The notes under the pieces: generated by a model
Told to the model about the DNA's origin: nothing
Database searches by the model: none
Seen by the model: only the letters and a program-made list of their open reading frames with translations
From: Corallochytrium limacisporum Hawaii
Lineage: Eukaryota; Protista; Pluriformea
Assembly: GCA_002811645.1 (NCBI GenBank)
Contig: PDIP01000122.1
Span: forward strand, 247,143-311,142
Direction of reading: 5' to 3'
DNA length: 64,000 nt
Part shown: piece after piece, positions 1 to 10,900 of the stretch
How positions within the stretch are numbered: position 1 is the stretch's first letter
How the letters are laid out: each line of letters starts with the position of its first letter
Translations under genes and position numbers: made by a program

Positions 1-1
1 G

Positions 2-916
2 AACAAGGTTACTGGGGTGGATGTCGCGCTGAAGATTATCAGCAAGGAAGACATGGTTCGGGAGGAAGCAGACGATTTGTACAGTGAGATTGCAATTCTT
101 AAAATTCTAGCGCATCCAAACATGGTGGTGCTGCATGACGTACTGGAGACCCAGCAGCAGATGTGCATTGTGACTGAAGTGCTGGAAGGTGGTGATCTTT
201 TGCGGCGATTGGAGACCAATGATAAGAAAGGCGTCACTTTCAACGAGAGTGACGCCCAAATTATCATTCGGCAGTTCTTGGAGGCCGTACATTACCTGCA
301 CAAGCGCGGCATTGTACATCGGGACTTGAAGCCGAACAACGCAGTGTTCATCACAAAGACTCCGGGAGACCTCCGCATTAAGGTGATTGATTTCGGATTT
401 GCCAAGTTTGTAACGGATGACGCGAACTTGGAAGATGCGCGTGGAACACGCAAGTACTTTGCACCTGAGGTGGTTGCTGGCAAACCACATGGAAAACCTA
501 TTGACATGTGGTGCATTGGCATTATTATGTATCGCCTGCTGCTTGGCGGCTTCCCATTCACAGGTCGTGACGAGGCTGACTTGTTCCGCAATATTCGGGC
601 CTCCAAAGTGCGCAAGACAGCTGCGTTTGAGGAGTTGTCCTCGGCGGCCAGGGAGTTGATGCACGAACTGTTCCGCACTCTGCCCAAGATGCGCATCACT
701 GCTGAGAAAGCCCTCCTACACAGCTGGCTCCTCGACAGCTACGACAGTGACTACGACAGTGCGACCAACGGCGTCCCCAGCTTGCCTACAACTCCCATCA
801 AAGAGGATAGTCGTACGTCCTTGGACACTCGGCCTGAGTCCCATCTCCGCCACTCGTCAAAGGCCAGCGATGTCACCGACGACACAGCAGCCCCCGGCAT
901 TGAGGCTGGAAATTAA
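2..916 (+). CDS. CAMK-group Ser/Thr protein kinase, 5'-truncated by the window edge
   Basis: The frame is open from nt 2 (NKVTGVDVALK), so the GTG at 17 is not the start. Motifs present: VALK, HPNMV, HRDLKPNN, DFG, APE, DMWCIG, RITAEKALLHSW. Confidence 0.92.
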   Translation, partial: NKVTGVDVALKIISKEDMVREEADDLYSEIAILKILAHPNMVVLHDVLETQQQMCIVTEVLEGGDLLRRLETNDKKGVTFNESDAQIIIRQFLEAVHYLHKRGIVHRDLKPNNAVFITKTPGDLRIKVIDFGFAKFVTDDANLEDARGTRKYFAPEVVAGKPHGKPIDMWCIGIIMYRLLLGGFPFTGRDEADLFRNIRASKVRKTAAFEELSSAARELMHELFRTLPKMRITAEKALLHSWLLDSYDSDYDSATNGVPSLPTTPIKEDSRTSLDTRPESHLRHSSKASDVTDDTAAPGIEAGN

Positions 917-1041
917 CATCACACAACATTCAACTTACATATACATTGCACCATACATTTCATTACAGGGACACATCGCACACAGGCAATGGAATATGAT
1001 ATTGGTTAGTCTATTAGGATGATGTTTGATGATACATGTTG

Positions 1042-1671
1042 TTACAAGCCACCGAAGGCCCAGACCAGAAGGAGAATGATGCCAACAGCAATTGCAGTGA
1101 TGATCAAAATCACTGTGAACGTGACGCAGCAAATAGTAGCAATCAATACGTTGCGATCGTGCTTGCCCCTCTTTTCACTTCCCTGTTCCATATGCTTCTC
1201 GTATAACCGTTTGTTCCGCACATTGGCCTTGCGAAAGAAGTCGTAGCAGTCTCCAAAAATTGGGATCGCACCAATACAGGAGTCAAGGGTAAGATTGTAC
1301 AGCATACGAGTGGTTGTCCAACGACTCTGTACGGGAGCCACCTGGGCAATGAATGCGAGACCGATAAAGTAGCCCGTTAGGTCACCGACGAAGGGAATAA
1401 GACCCAGAAGAGGGTCGAGCCCAAACCGCCAGTCCGTACCAGGTACTCGGAACGCCTCATCCATGACATAGGCAACTCGCTCTAGCCGTTTGTAGGCATC
1501 CCATTCCTCCTTGGTCTTTATAGTGATGGTCTTGTTCTTACCTATCAACAAAGTTTTCGGCCTCCAGCCGTCCTTATCCGGTTCTCCTTCATCAATCACC
1601 TGAGCCCAGGCCTCCGGTGGTGGCTCGTCAGGGGGAGGCTCATTGGCACTGTCACGTTTTCCCCAGAACAT
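1042..1671 (-). CDS. DUF4112-family membrane protein
   Basis: LERVAYVMDEAFRVPGTDWRFGLDPLLGLIPFVGD...GAIPIFGDCYDFFRKANVRN is the typical DUF4112 pattern. There is a C-terminal TM helix. The first ATG is at 1671 (A at -3); the ORF-track start is a GTG. Confidence 0.85.
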   Translation of the reverse strand: MFWGKRDSANEPPPDEPPPEAWAQVIDEGEPDKDGWRPKTLLIGKNKTITIKTKEEWDAYKRLERVAYVMDEAFRVPGTDWRFGLDPLLGLIPFVGDLTGYFIGLAFIAQVAPVQSRWTTTRMLYNLTLDSCIGAIPIFGDCYDFFRKANVRNKRLYEKHMEQGSEKRGKHDRNVLIATICCVTFTVILIITAIAVGIILLLVWAFGGL

Positions 1672-2339
1672 ACTCTGTCGGGACACCTGAGGAACACGTT
1701 GTACTAAATCGAGACAGATTACCTTGGCCGTTCACAGTCAGCAATCCATCCAGACAAGTGCACATAGGTTATGAACTGCTTCAACTACCTATCTACAACC
1801 AGCATGATTTGTGGAACAGATCAAACCCCGGTTAGCAGGAGTCAACTTGACCAGTGCTGCAGGAAGATCATCAATTGCTCTACCAAACTTCCCCCTTTCA
1901 ATAGTCCCAGTGGGTTACGGGTCACCGCCTCGAACCCATCACCGTATTCGGACATATTGCAGCCACTGGTGGTGGCGATCAGCGGAACGTCAGCGCGACC
2001 GACCCTCCCCCCTCGCCAGATCTCCCGGCAGAACACCCGCTGAAGAGAGAGCCGCACTCAACCCAGTCCGGTACCGAATACACTAACCAAGGAGCACAGC
2101 ATTTCCCGGGGGGGGGGGCCGGTCCCGCGGGCGCGCTGGTAGAGTGATTCCTCCCTGGAGAGAATGTGTCAAGAAAAAAAAAAGAAAAAGAAAGTATAGC
2201 GATCGGTGGTCGCTCGGCCGGTGGTCCATGGATATTAAACTGATTCCCTAACAAAAATGTAAATTGTATCACCGGGGGTCTCATTATTTTGAAAGGCGAG
2301 AATAGTGAATGATAATAAAGAAAGGAAGGAGGAACGGGA

Positions 2340-2965
2340 GAGAAAGAAAGAGAGAGAGAGAGAGAGACGGTAGAGGCCGAAGGGAGCGGAGGATGGTGGG
2401 GCATCCCTCCCTTCTCTTGCTCGGTGTGCCGGCGGTTTGTGTTCGGGCGCAAAGCTTTCTAAAGAGAGAGCGACGCGGGTTGGAAAGAAAAGGGGAAAAA
2501 AAAAGAGGCGCGCGGCCCTGGCCGGGCCAGTCGGCGTAGCCAAGCATCGGTGGGCAAAGTGGGCGAAGAGGGGAGGGGAGAGAGAGATAGAGAGAGAGAG
2601 AGAGGGAAGGGACGAGAGCTTTTGGGCTGTGTGCCCTTAAGTCCGGGCTTGGGGAGAACCCGGGGGTGGAGGATGCCAAAAAAGACCGGAGATTGGCAAT
2701 CGCGCCTTTTTTCTTTTTCCTTTTTTTTTTTTTTGGCTACACCGGCCGTGGTGGGAGAAGGGGGGGTACCAGAACGGCCAGCGATGGGAATTTGGAGGGA
2801 GGGGGGGAGGGGGGCACGAGAGCGAGCACACACACCGGGAAACGGAGGGAGGAGCCGGAAAAACCCGGTAGCATGCAAAGCGCAGAGACCGAAGGCAGAG
2901 AGAGTACCAGCCCACAGTGGGAGAACCGGCACAGAGAGAGAGGGAGAGAGAAAGGGAGAGAGAGA
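2340..2965. repeat. Low-complexity (GA)n / poly-A / poly-G purine tracts
   Basis: (GA)n runs at about 2349-2366, 2580-2603 and 2932-2965, interspersed with A, T and G homopolymers. Confidence 0.85.
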
Positions 2966-3504
2966 GGACACCACGAGCAGGCCGTGAGTGACAGGGAAGG
3001 GTTTCTGAGAAGGAGCACAATTTTTTCTTTCCTACTTTTTCTTTGTTTTATTTCTTCAACATTTTTTGCAACGCACTTGTGACTGTACTCTGTGCCCGGG
3101 CCGCCCCATTGGCCAGAACCCCGATTGTCCTGCGCAGTCAACCGGTGACAAGGGGACCCGGCAGTGTGTGTGTGCAGGAAAGAAGACACGGGCCAAACTC
3201 TCTCCCTCTCGCTCTCTGCACGAAGCAAGGCAGCGAAAGAGCGGAGGTCGGAAAGGAAAACCAAAAAGAAAAAAAGAAAAAGGGGGGGGGGGGGGGAGCA
3301 GAAGGAAAAGAAAAGAAGGGAAAAAAAATATGGCCCAGCTTGGGGAAGTGCGGTGGGGGCCTCCTGGAAGGTCGGTGCTTGTGACTGGCTGGAAAGCGGA
3401 GGGGAAGGGGGGGGGCCCGTTTCGTAGATCGTCCCTCTGAGAGAGGATGGCGGGGTGTCCAGCACCATGTTATCGCCAAAAGGGTATGGCAGGAAACCCG
3501 GAGA

Positions 3505-3520
3505 TTTCAAATTTGCCGCC
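3505..3520 (-). promoter_or_regulatory. CDE/CHR-like tandem element
   Basis: The minus strand reads GGCGG-CAAA-TTTGAA, i.e. CDE core + 4-nt spacer + CHR consensus. It lies about 260 bp upstream of the JmjC ATG. An E2F-like TTCGCGCC sits at 3713-3720. Confidence 0.4.
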
Positions 3521-3780
3521 AACGACATGATTGATACGCACTTGTAATGACTTGTGTTGGGGGAGCATGGTATGTGGATCTTAAGGTACTTACTTTGATC
3601 CATGTGGTACACGAGGGTTGGCATACCATGGACAACAAGCCTTTAGTAGTGACCAGGTGCGACTGGGAATGTCACATGTCAGGGGGATGAACGAAACCAG
3701 AAAATAGTGAAATTCGCGCCATCATGTGAGCTAAGTTTATAGACATTCTTTCAAGAGCACAGAAAGGGCCGCTCGTAGCC

Positions 3781-5712
3781 ATGGCACAGACACACAGAGG
3801 CTCGACAGGGAGCTTGAATGGTACGCCGCAGGAGACCTACGAAGTCCTTGAGACCAATTCCCATGGGGCCTTTCCGACAGGATCCAAAAGACCGCTGGAT
3901 AGTAGGGTTGTATTGAAACGGGTACGCAGCGAAAATGGGATATTAGCGGATGTTACTGTGGAGGAACAATTGGAGTCGCTGTCCCGGGGAAGCCATAGCA
4001 ATCCAAACCTCGCAACGGCCATGTCTGCCGCAATGCATCGTTTTGCTCCGCCCGCAGATTTACCAACGATCAATGTGCATCTTTTGCGCGCCGCAGAGAC
4101 GCTCTGGGATGTATGTGAGGCATGGTGGGATAGCACCTACGCCAGGGTCACAATCCATGCACAACACCAGCAGGATCAAGGCAACACTCTTTCGAGGTCC
4201 ATGGAGTGTTTCTTGCGGCACTTTGCCGGGTCTTGGCAGCGGGCGTCTGGAGCCATCAAGAACCAGATGTGGACCGCAGTAGTGAAGCCTCCGCCTCCAT
4301 CGTCCCAGTCTTTGGGAAGTAGCAGCTGCGGTTTGCTTGCGGACAATGTCAATTGCAACGCGGAAGGCGTGGGAAGGGAATGTGTCTTGACGGCCTGGCA
4401 GGAACTAGAGAAGTGTGGGAGCTTCAGCAGCAGCTCATCTTCCGCAACCCGCACGCGGATAATGACCGATGAGCATCAGCTCTGGGGCCAGGCATACAAT
4501 GCTTCTCAGTGTCATAATGCCATCGCCTTCGCCATGCTCCACGAACCACGGCTGGCCCTCCGGTGCCTTGACATGGCAGTTACATTTGGCCAAGACATCA
4601 TGGCGGGCGGACCGTCTACAGGCAACGCCACACTGAATCTGATCACTGCGTTGCAGAATGTACTGAAAGCTGACGCCGCGGGTCCGAGTGACTATCGACG
4701 GTGGATGGCTGCCAATGAACGCGAGGTTCTCTGCGATTATGACATGATCGAAGAGTCACAGAAGCCTGGTCAACTATCATGTGCGTACACAGTCGGTCAG
4801 CTGGCGGTACTATCGTGTCCGAGCTTGGAGGCGTTCCAGGAGTGGCATTTACAGCAAGAAGCGGTGGTTCTCCGTGGCTGTATGGAAAAATGGCCCGCCC
4901 TTGTAGAGCTACAGGGCTTGCCGGCGGACGACATGGCTGATTCCACAGGGTACAATGAATACGGCGATGAGACGCGGTCGCTATGGAACCAGAGATCTTT
5001 CTGGCAGGGTGTGATGGTGGGCCGATCCGTACCTTTGCACGTGCTTGATGAGTCTATCGTGGCTTCCAATGGAGGGAAGCTGTCTCAGACATCAGTACGC
5101 TTTGTCGACTTTGATATGTTCCTAGACCAACTCATCAGCAGCCGTAGGTACCCAGCCACCCTCGTGCGGCGACCATCCACAGATAAGCAACCGTCAGATA
5201 GGCGCTCACCGAAGTCACCAATGTCTGCGACACCGGAAGACAGCGATGCCACTGTCCTGGACTCACCATCGCAGCAACGCGGTGTGGTCATGGCCATGGA
5301 CGCTCATGATCTTCTCGCACAGGTACCCACCCTGCAGGAATTGATTCGCACGCCGGACTTCACCTGCCTCGGAAGCAGCTCGCGCCTGCATACCAGTGTT
5401 GCCTTCAATCCGCGGGGACTTACCTGGCACCTGCGGCGGTACCCTCAACACACATTCCTTTGCCAGGTGGTTGGCCTGCAGAGCGTGCATCTAATCCGCC
5501 CAACCAGTGATGGCAGCATCACTGCCCACTGTGCTGGGAATGACCCGACGCAGTCCGCATTCGACATCAAGCAGCGCTCCATGGAGGCCAGTGGTGTCAA
5601 ATGCCATGAATGGGTGCTTAACCCAGGCGAAATGCTTTTTGTGCCGTCGGGTTGGTGGCTAAAGACTGAATCCCTGACACCAAGCATCGGCGTCATGTTC
5701 CATTGGCAATGA
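3781..5712 (+). CDS. JMJD5/KDM8-like JmjC (cupin_8) protein with degenerate active site
   Basis: Motifs: PSLEAF...VVLRGCMEKWPAL, HDLLAQVPTLQELIRTPDF, FLCQVVG, LNPGEMLFVPSGWW. The N-terminal ALRCLDMA resembles JMJD5. Fe(II) ligands are substituted (see findings). Confidence 0.8.
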   Translation: MAQTHRGSTGSLNGTPQETYEVLETNSHGAFPTGSKRPLDSRVVLKRVRSENGILADVTVEEQLESLSRGSHSNPNLATAMSAAMHRFAPPADLPTINVHLLRAAETLWDVCEAWWDSTYARVTIHAQHQQDQGNTLSRSMECFLRHFAGSWQRASGAIKNQMWTAVVKPPPPSSQSLGSSSCGLLADNVNCNAEGVGRECVLTAWQELEKCGSFSSSSSSATRTRIMTDEHQLWGQAYNASQCHNAIAFAMLHEPRLALRCLDMAVTFGQDIMAGGPSTGNATLNLITALQNVLKADAAGPSDYRRWMAANEREVLCDYDMIEESQKPGQLSCAYTVGQLAVLSCPSLEAFQEWHLQQEAVVLRGCMEKWPALVELQGLPADDMADSTGYNEYGDETRSLWNQRSFWQGVMVGRSVPLHVLDESIVASNGGKLSQTSVRFVDFDMFLDQLISSRRYPATLVRRPSTDKQPSDRRSPKSPMSATPEDSDATVLDSPSQQRGVVMAMDAHDLLAQVPTLQELIRTPDFTCLGSSSRLHTSVAFNPRGLTWHLRRYPQHTFLCQVVGLQSVHLIRPTSDGSITAHCAGNDPTQSAFDIKQRSMEASGVKCHEWVLNPGEMLFVPSGWWLKTESLTPSIGVMFHWQ

Positions 5713-5911
5713 TTTCTCCACCAGAGCTTCTCTTGGTTAATGCTTGTAAAATACATAGTCTCCTAATATGTTCATGGTGAGCGTACTATTTTATTGGTAC
5801 AGTGTTTAATCTGTCTAAGTGCCTTCTGTATCAATCCAGAGTGTCGGCTCTCTGGGAAAAAGACATCGCTAACTGAGCTCTAAGTGTCTAACTTTATAAA
5901 CTCCGCTTGCC

Positions 5912-7648
5912 CTAGACTCCCGAACGACGGCTGTCAACCTGTTTGACCATTGGGAATGCAAGCACGTCCCGCATGGTCTTGGTGTTGGACATGAGCATCA
6001 CAACGCGGTCGATGCCCATACCCCAGCCGATGGTTGGTGGCAGGCCGTACTCCAGGCTTTGACAGTATTCTTCGTCCGGCAGCTGGGCTTCTTCATCGCC
6101 TGCAGAGGCCAGACTTTGCTGCATAGCGAAGCGCTCTCGTTGCACCTTAGGATCGTTCAACTCGAGATAGGCATTGCAGATTTCCATACCAGCCACATAT
6201 ACCTCAAACCGGGATACAAGCTGCGTGATGGACTTTGCATTGGTGCTGGGGTCCACCTTCGCAAGTGGACTGGTGATGGCAGGGAAGCCGACCACGAAAC
6301 ACGGTCGGTCACTGGGGCACTTCGGCAAGACCACCGCCTCCACAGCTTTGTCGAAGAGGGCCGCCAGATTCTTCTCATCAGATTCGCTGACATGTTGGTT
6401 GTGTTCCCGACAGATCCGTATTGCGTATTCTTTAGCCTTGCTCGACTCTGCATCCATGTCAAGAACTGAAAGAGCCTTGCCGGCCTCCCCTCCATGCTCT
6501 GCCAGCACATCCATGATGTGTAGACGGGGGTACGGCGGATTGTAGTCGATGACCGTATCATTCCACGGCAGATGACCCATATCACCTGCGAACTTTGCAG
6601 CAATACTACTAAGGATACCCTCCGTCATCTCAAACAGCTTCTCAAATGGTTCGTATGCGCAGTAAAACTCGCAACTCGTGAACTCCGGGCTGTGGTCCGC
6701 ATCAATTGCCTCGTTGCGGAACTGTTTTCCAATTTCAAAGACTTTGGGCAGTCCACCAACGACGAGGCGCTTCAGGAAGAGCTCCGGCGCCACACGAAGG
6801 AATAGTTCGTGGCCCAGGGCACGGGACTTGCGAGTTTGAAACGGCCGCGCACTGGCACCACCGTGTTGGTTCCATAGAGTCGGCGTTTCCACTTCCACAA
6901 AGTCTCTTTGCAGCAAATAGTTTCGGATAGAAGCATTGATAGTGGACCGTGCTACGATGTTGTTGCCAACTTCTGGGTTTATCAGCATGTCCAGGGTACG
7001 CTGACGTGCTCTCTTGCCAGGGTCTGTGAAATGTCGAGGAATCGGCAGAAGACAAGGGCTGATGATGCGCATATTCGATACGAACAGGGATGGCTCTCCT
7101 ATCTTGGTCCGCCCGGGTGTCCCAATTGCCTCCACGAGGTCACCAACGGCCAAGTGCGGCATAGTGACTTTGAATAGATCCGGATCACCGCTACCCTTCA
7201 GTGAGTACACGGCCTGAAGGCGTTTCCGGTTATCTTCCCCGTCTACCTGTTCCTGAGCTCTCGGATCATCGCTGCTGTAACGACCTGCAAGGGCTCCAGG
7301 TCCTTGCACAATATCTAGGAAGTAAAGTTTTGTCGACGCTTTGCGGTGTCCCGCAATGCGACCAACTATTTTGGCTTCTGGCAAACCCGTCTTCTCCAAA
7401 TCCTCTTTCTTTCCATTCTGTAACTGTAGGCAGCGAGCCAAAACCTGCTCTATCGACGTGACCGAGTGGGTGTCCCATAACCGCGGCGGGTAGAAGTCTA
7501 TTCCTTTGGGAAGGACCCTCTCTTTCACTTCGTCTTCTTTACTTTCTGTACTATATGGTCGAATTGTGAGGTAGCGATGTGGACGGCGAGGTCGAACAAA
7601 GGTACACCTAATACGTAGGCCTGGCCTACGTCCAATTGATCGCAACAT
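5912..7648 (-). CDS. Class II lysyl-tRNA synthetase, probably mitochondrial (MSK1-like)
   Basis: OB-fold anticodon domain, FVEVETPTL, GGASARPF, LRVAPELFLKRLVVGG, FRNE, EFTSCEFY, ALEYGLPP-type SLEYGLPPTIGWGMGIDR. An Arg-rich, acid-free presequence starts at MLRSIGRR (ATG 7648, A at -3). An upstream in-frame ATG exists at 7717. Confidence 0.93.
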   Translation of the reverse strand: MLRSIGRRPGLRIRCTFVRPRRPHRYLTIRPYSTESKEDEVKERVLPKGIDFYPPRLWDTHSVTSIEQVLARCLQLQNGKKEDLEKTGLPEAKIVGRIAGHRKASTKLYFLDIVQGPGALAGRYSSDDPRAQEQVDGEDNRKRLQAVYSLKGSGDPDLFKVTMPHLAVGDLVEAIGTPGRTKIGEPSLFVSNMRIISPCLLPIPRHFTDPGKRARQRTLDMLINPEVGNNIVARSTINASIRNYLLQRDFVEVETPTLWNQHGGASARPFQTRKSRALGHELFLRVAPELFLKRLVVGGLPKVFEIGKQFRNEAIDADHSPEFTSCEFYCAYEPFEKLFEMTEGILSSIAAKFAGDMGHLPWNDTVIDYNPPYPRLHIMDVLAEHGGEAGKALSVLDMDAESSKAKEYAIRICREHNQHVSESDEKNLAALFDKAVEAVVLPKCPSDRPCFVVGFPAITSPLAKVDPSTNAKSITQLVSRFEVYVAGMEICNAYLELNDPKVQRERFAMQQSLASAGDEEAQLPDEEYCQSLEYGLPPTIGWGMGIDRVVMLMSNTKTMRDVLAFPMVKQVDSRRSGV

Positions 7649-7999
7649 GCTACCGATTCTGTGCTTGAAAGAGCACGAGTAGTCTTTTGTCTGTATCGCT
7701 CTAAGTATTAAGGTCATTCATACTGGTTTTCTCTCAACCTATCGGTCCGATTCTTTAAAGACAGCACACGATAAACAGGGCAACTCAAGGTCAGCAATCC
7801 CTGGCTGTCCAAAATAGCCAGGTGGCGGCCTCCATGCCCTCCCGCACTGGTTTTCTCTCGAAACTTTGGGCCGCCCGCTCCCCCTAGTGAGGTGGGGAAG
7901 GCTGGGCTCGAACTCAAATCCTTTGCATAATTCATTGACTCGCGCACAATGATAATACCAAGTACTATGGGATTTATCAAAAGAAGTACTGATTCTGTC

Positions 8000-10900
8000 T
8001 TAGAGTGCCTCAGTCATGCGGTTGACGTCTACAATCGCAGCATTAATCTGTTCGGTTGTCCAGTCCAGACGATAGGAAGCCAGACCGCCACCTTTCTTGA
8101 TAATGCCCGCCTTCTCAAAGTACTGCAGCATCTTGCGGCCGCGGCGCTTGTCGATCTGCATGCTCTCCGCAAAGGAGTCGTCGCGAATCTCTCCCTCGTC
8201 CTCCATGGTCTTCAGGCCAAGACGGCGCAGAGCCGAGATGCCCTGAGGATCTTCGGTGTCAAACGTTTTCTTGAGCTGGATCAGGCGGTCCTTCATGGCA
8301 CTCTCTGATTCACCGTCATAACAGAAGATACACTGGAAATCACCGGGAACACTGCCGTCATTGACGAACCCGTAGCAGGCAAGATGACTCCAGCGCTTGC
8401 ACTTGTCACATTCTACAGCCTCCCAACTGTCTACGTTGTGACCGCAGCAGCAGTAGACCTCATCCTTATCATCACCAGCTGCGGCTTCGCCGTTCTCCTC
8501 CGTGGTGACAGGGTCTTTTTGGTCCGTATCCATGGAGTCCGTTTGCTCCTTCTTCGGTACCTCCTTAGGCACTGGGTCCTCGACTTTCTGCTTGGCCTCC
8601 GCCTTGGTCTCATTGGCGGCTGCCTCGGTCACAACAGGCTTTGACGGTGTCCGAACACCATTGGGGAACAGCTCATCATGGCTAAGACAGGTGTAGATGC
8701 TCTTCGGCCGTGGGGTGTTCTTCACACACTCCTCAAAGTGGGCCCTAAATGGATCTGGGTTGAAGTCACAGATTCTGCGACTGTTCACCTTCACTTGGCA
8801 GCGACGACAAATGGCACGAGCATTAAGACGCTGCATGGCACCCTCAGGGAAAATGTAGATCCGGAAATCCAGGTTTTTAACGGGTCTCTCCGGCTTAATA
8901 TCTTTGCAATAATCATCGACCATGTCCGAAATGTACTCGAACCAATCGAGTTCAAGCTGCCCATCCTGGGACACAATCGGTGGTTCTCCGAGCGCATCCC
9001 TCATTTTGATTACCTCGTCGTAGGAGTGCTCGCGTTTAAGAGGCACAGGAGGGTCATTCTCGTCAATCTGGTGCGTGGGATAATCGGTATTGTTGTAGGC
9101 CTTGAGGCGAATGATACCTCCAGCTCCGATGCGAACCTCACTGCCGCTCTTCACATCGTCTACAGACTTCTCGCAAGTCAATGCGTGCTCGAAGTATTGG
9201 AAGGGGCTGAAGTCATTACCCTGGTTCATGGTAAAAGTCTTCTTACAATCCAGACAAGTCAGGCGCAGACTCTTGGGATCGTCGGGTTCGCCGCCGAGCT
9301 TATAGTTGATGCCCTCTGTCAGCTTCCCTGACGCTCCTCCAAAGTCTTTCTTCCACACCCCGATCCGCTCACGCGCCAGTTTCAATAGCCCTCCGTCGAC
9401 ACCGCTAGCATCGTCCATCTCTGCAACGCGCGCTTTTTTCGGAGTCGAACCATCTTCCTCGAATGGAGCCTTGGTACGCCTCAGAGGGAACTGGCGCCTT
9501 ATGGGCACACAGCTTGCTAGATGATTAAAGTAAGAGGCGGGGCTCAGACCGTCGTTGACAGGACAATAGAAAGCACTGCGGCAGTCTGCACAGCGAATGC
9601 GAGTCCGGGGCATATCTTTCTTGGTGCTTCGGTCAATGTAAGCCATGATGGTGAAGTTCTTGCCCTCCGACAGGTGCATATAGTCCTTGTTGGCCAGTTG
9701 CCACTGTTTGATATTGTAACGTACAATTTCTCTGGCACATTGAGCTCCCTCTTCATCATTCAAGTCACGGCACTGAATGGCGACACAATACCTAAGGTGC
9801 AGTGCAAACGCATCAGGCACATACAGCTTCTCACGCTCCAGACTGAATTGTGCCCGGCAGCGACGGCAACTGATGCCCCCCGGACCCGAAGTTAGCTTTT
9901 TAACGAAATAGTCCGTCTCAGGATCGAGTACGATACCTTCAGTGCGACAGTATCCCCGCATCACCTTGTGGACCCACTTCTTGACATCCTTCGGCTCTAC
10001 ATTCTCTCCACCAACCTTCTCCTTGAACTTCTGCCGTTCCTCTGCAGAAAACAGCGCCTCAGGGCCCTGTTCCATACGTGTGAGGGGAGACATGAGCACT
10101 TGAGCAATGGTTTTACCCTTGAACGCCGACTGGACGTTGCCTTCCTTCGTGGGGAATCCAATGCCACCGTCTCCGGTGAGAATAGTCTTGGACGGTTCCC
10201 GCGCGGTGACCGTCGTTGCCGGGGTGGACTGTTGAGATGCCTTCACGGCTGGAGTCACAGTGGTAGGCGCAGCACTCACAGCTGGAGTGGTATCCACAGC
10301 GTACCCCTGGCTCTGGGGCGCTGAAGTGGGCTGCCCCGGAGGCGGCAGTGGAGGAGGAGGGCCACCGTAGTGCTGCGGCGGTGCACCAAACGGAGGCGGA
10401 GGCGGACCACCCATTGGTGGCGGCACAGGGCCTCCCAAGCGGTATTCTGGCGTTTCTCCACGCAATTCTGCAATCGCACGCAACAGTCGCAGTCTGTAAC
10501 CCACACCGATGATGAAAGGAGGTGGTCCAGAAGCTGCGCCGGAGGACGGGCGCCGGCGGCCCTGATGAGTCTCTAGGTAGACAGCCAGTGGAGAACCTTC
10601 TGGAAGCATGTCCCGGTCGGCGTCGGGGCTCTGAGAGTAGTGGGCAGCCACGAACTCTTCAATTTGACCCAGGGCATCCTGATGCATACCGAAAGACATG
10701 GCTTGGCTTGTGGCTGAGGATATTAAACCAATCAGTCCGGCCATACCTTGAGTGAATAGTGGACGTCCAACGGCGTCTGATCCAGCATCGCCGGTTACCA
10801 CAGTGGGTAAATGACGCTCTCCAGCTGGCGCGATGTACGCATGCTTCAAATCTTCCAGAGTATCAAAACCACTGAACTCTAAGCAGCGGATAAGCCATTC

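Noticed and set aside
2235-3624. Many 100-295 aa ORFs in GA/CT-rich intergenic DNA (also at about 37000-37900 and 57200-61300)
   Set aside because: They are translations of microsatellites and homopolymers (SLSLSL, ERERER, FFFF), some spanning N gaps, with no domain content.
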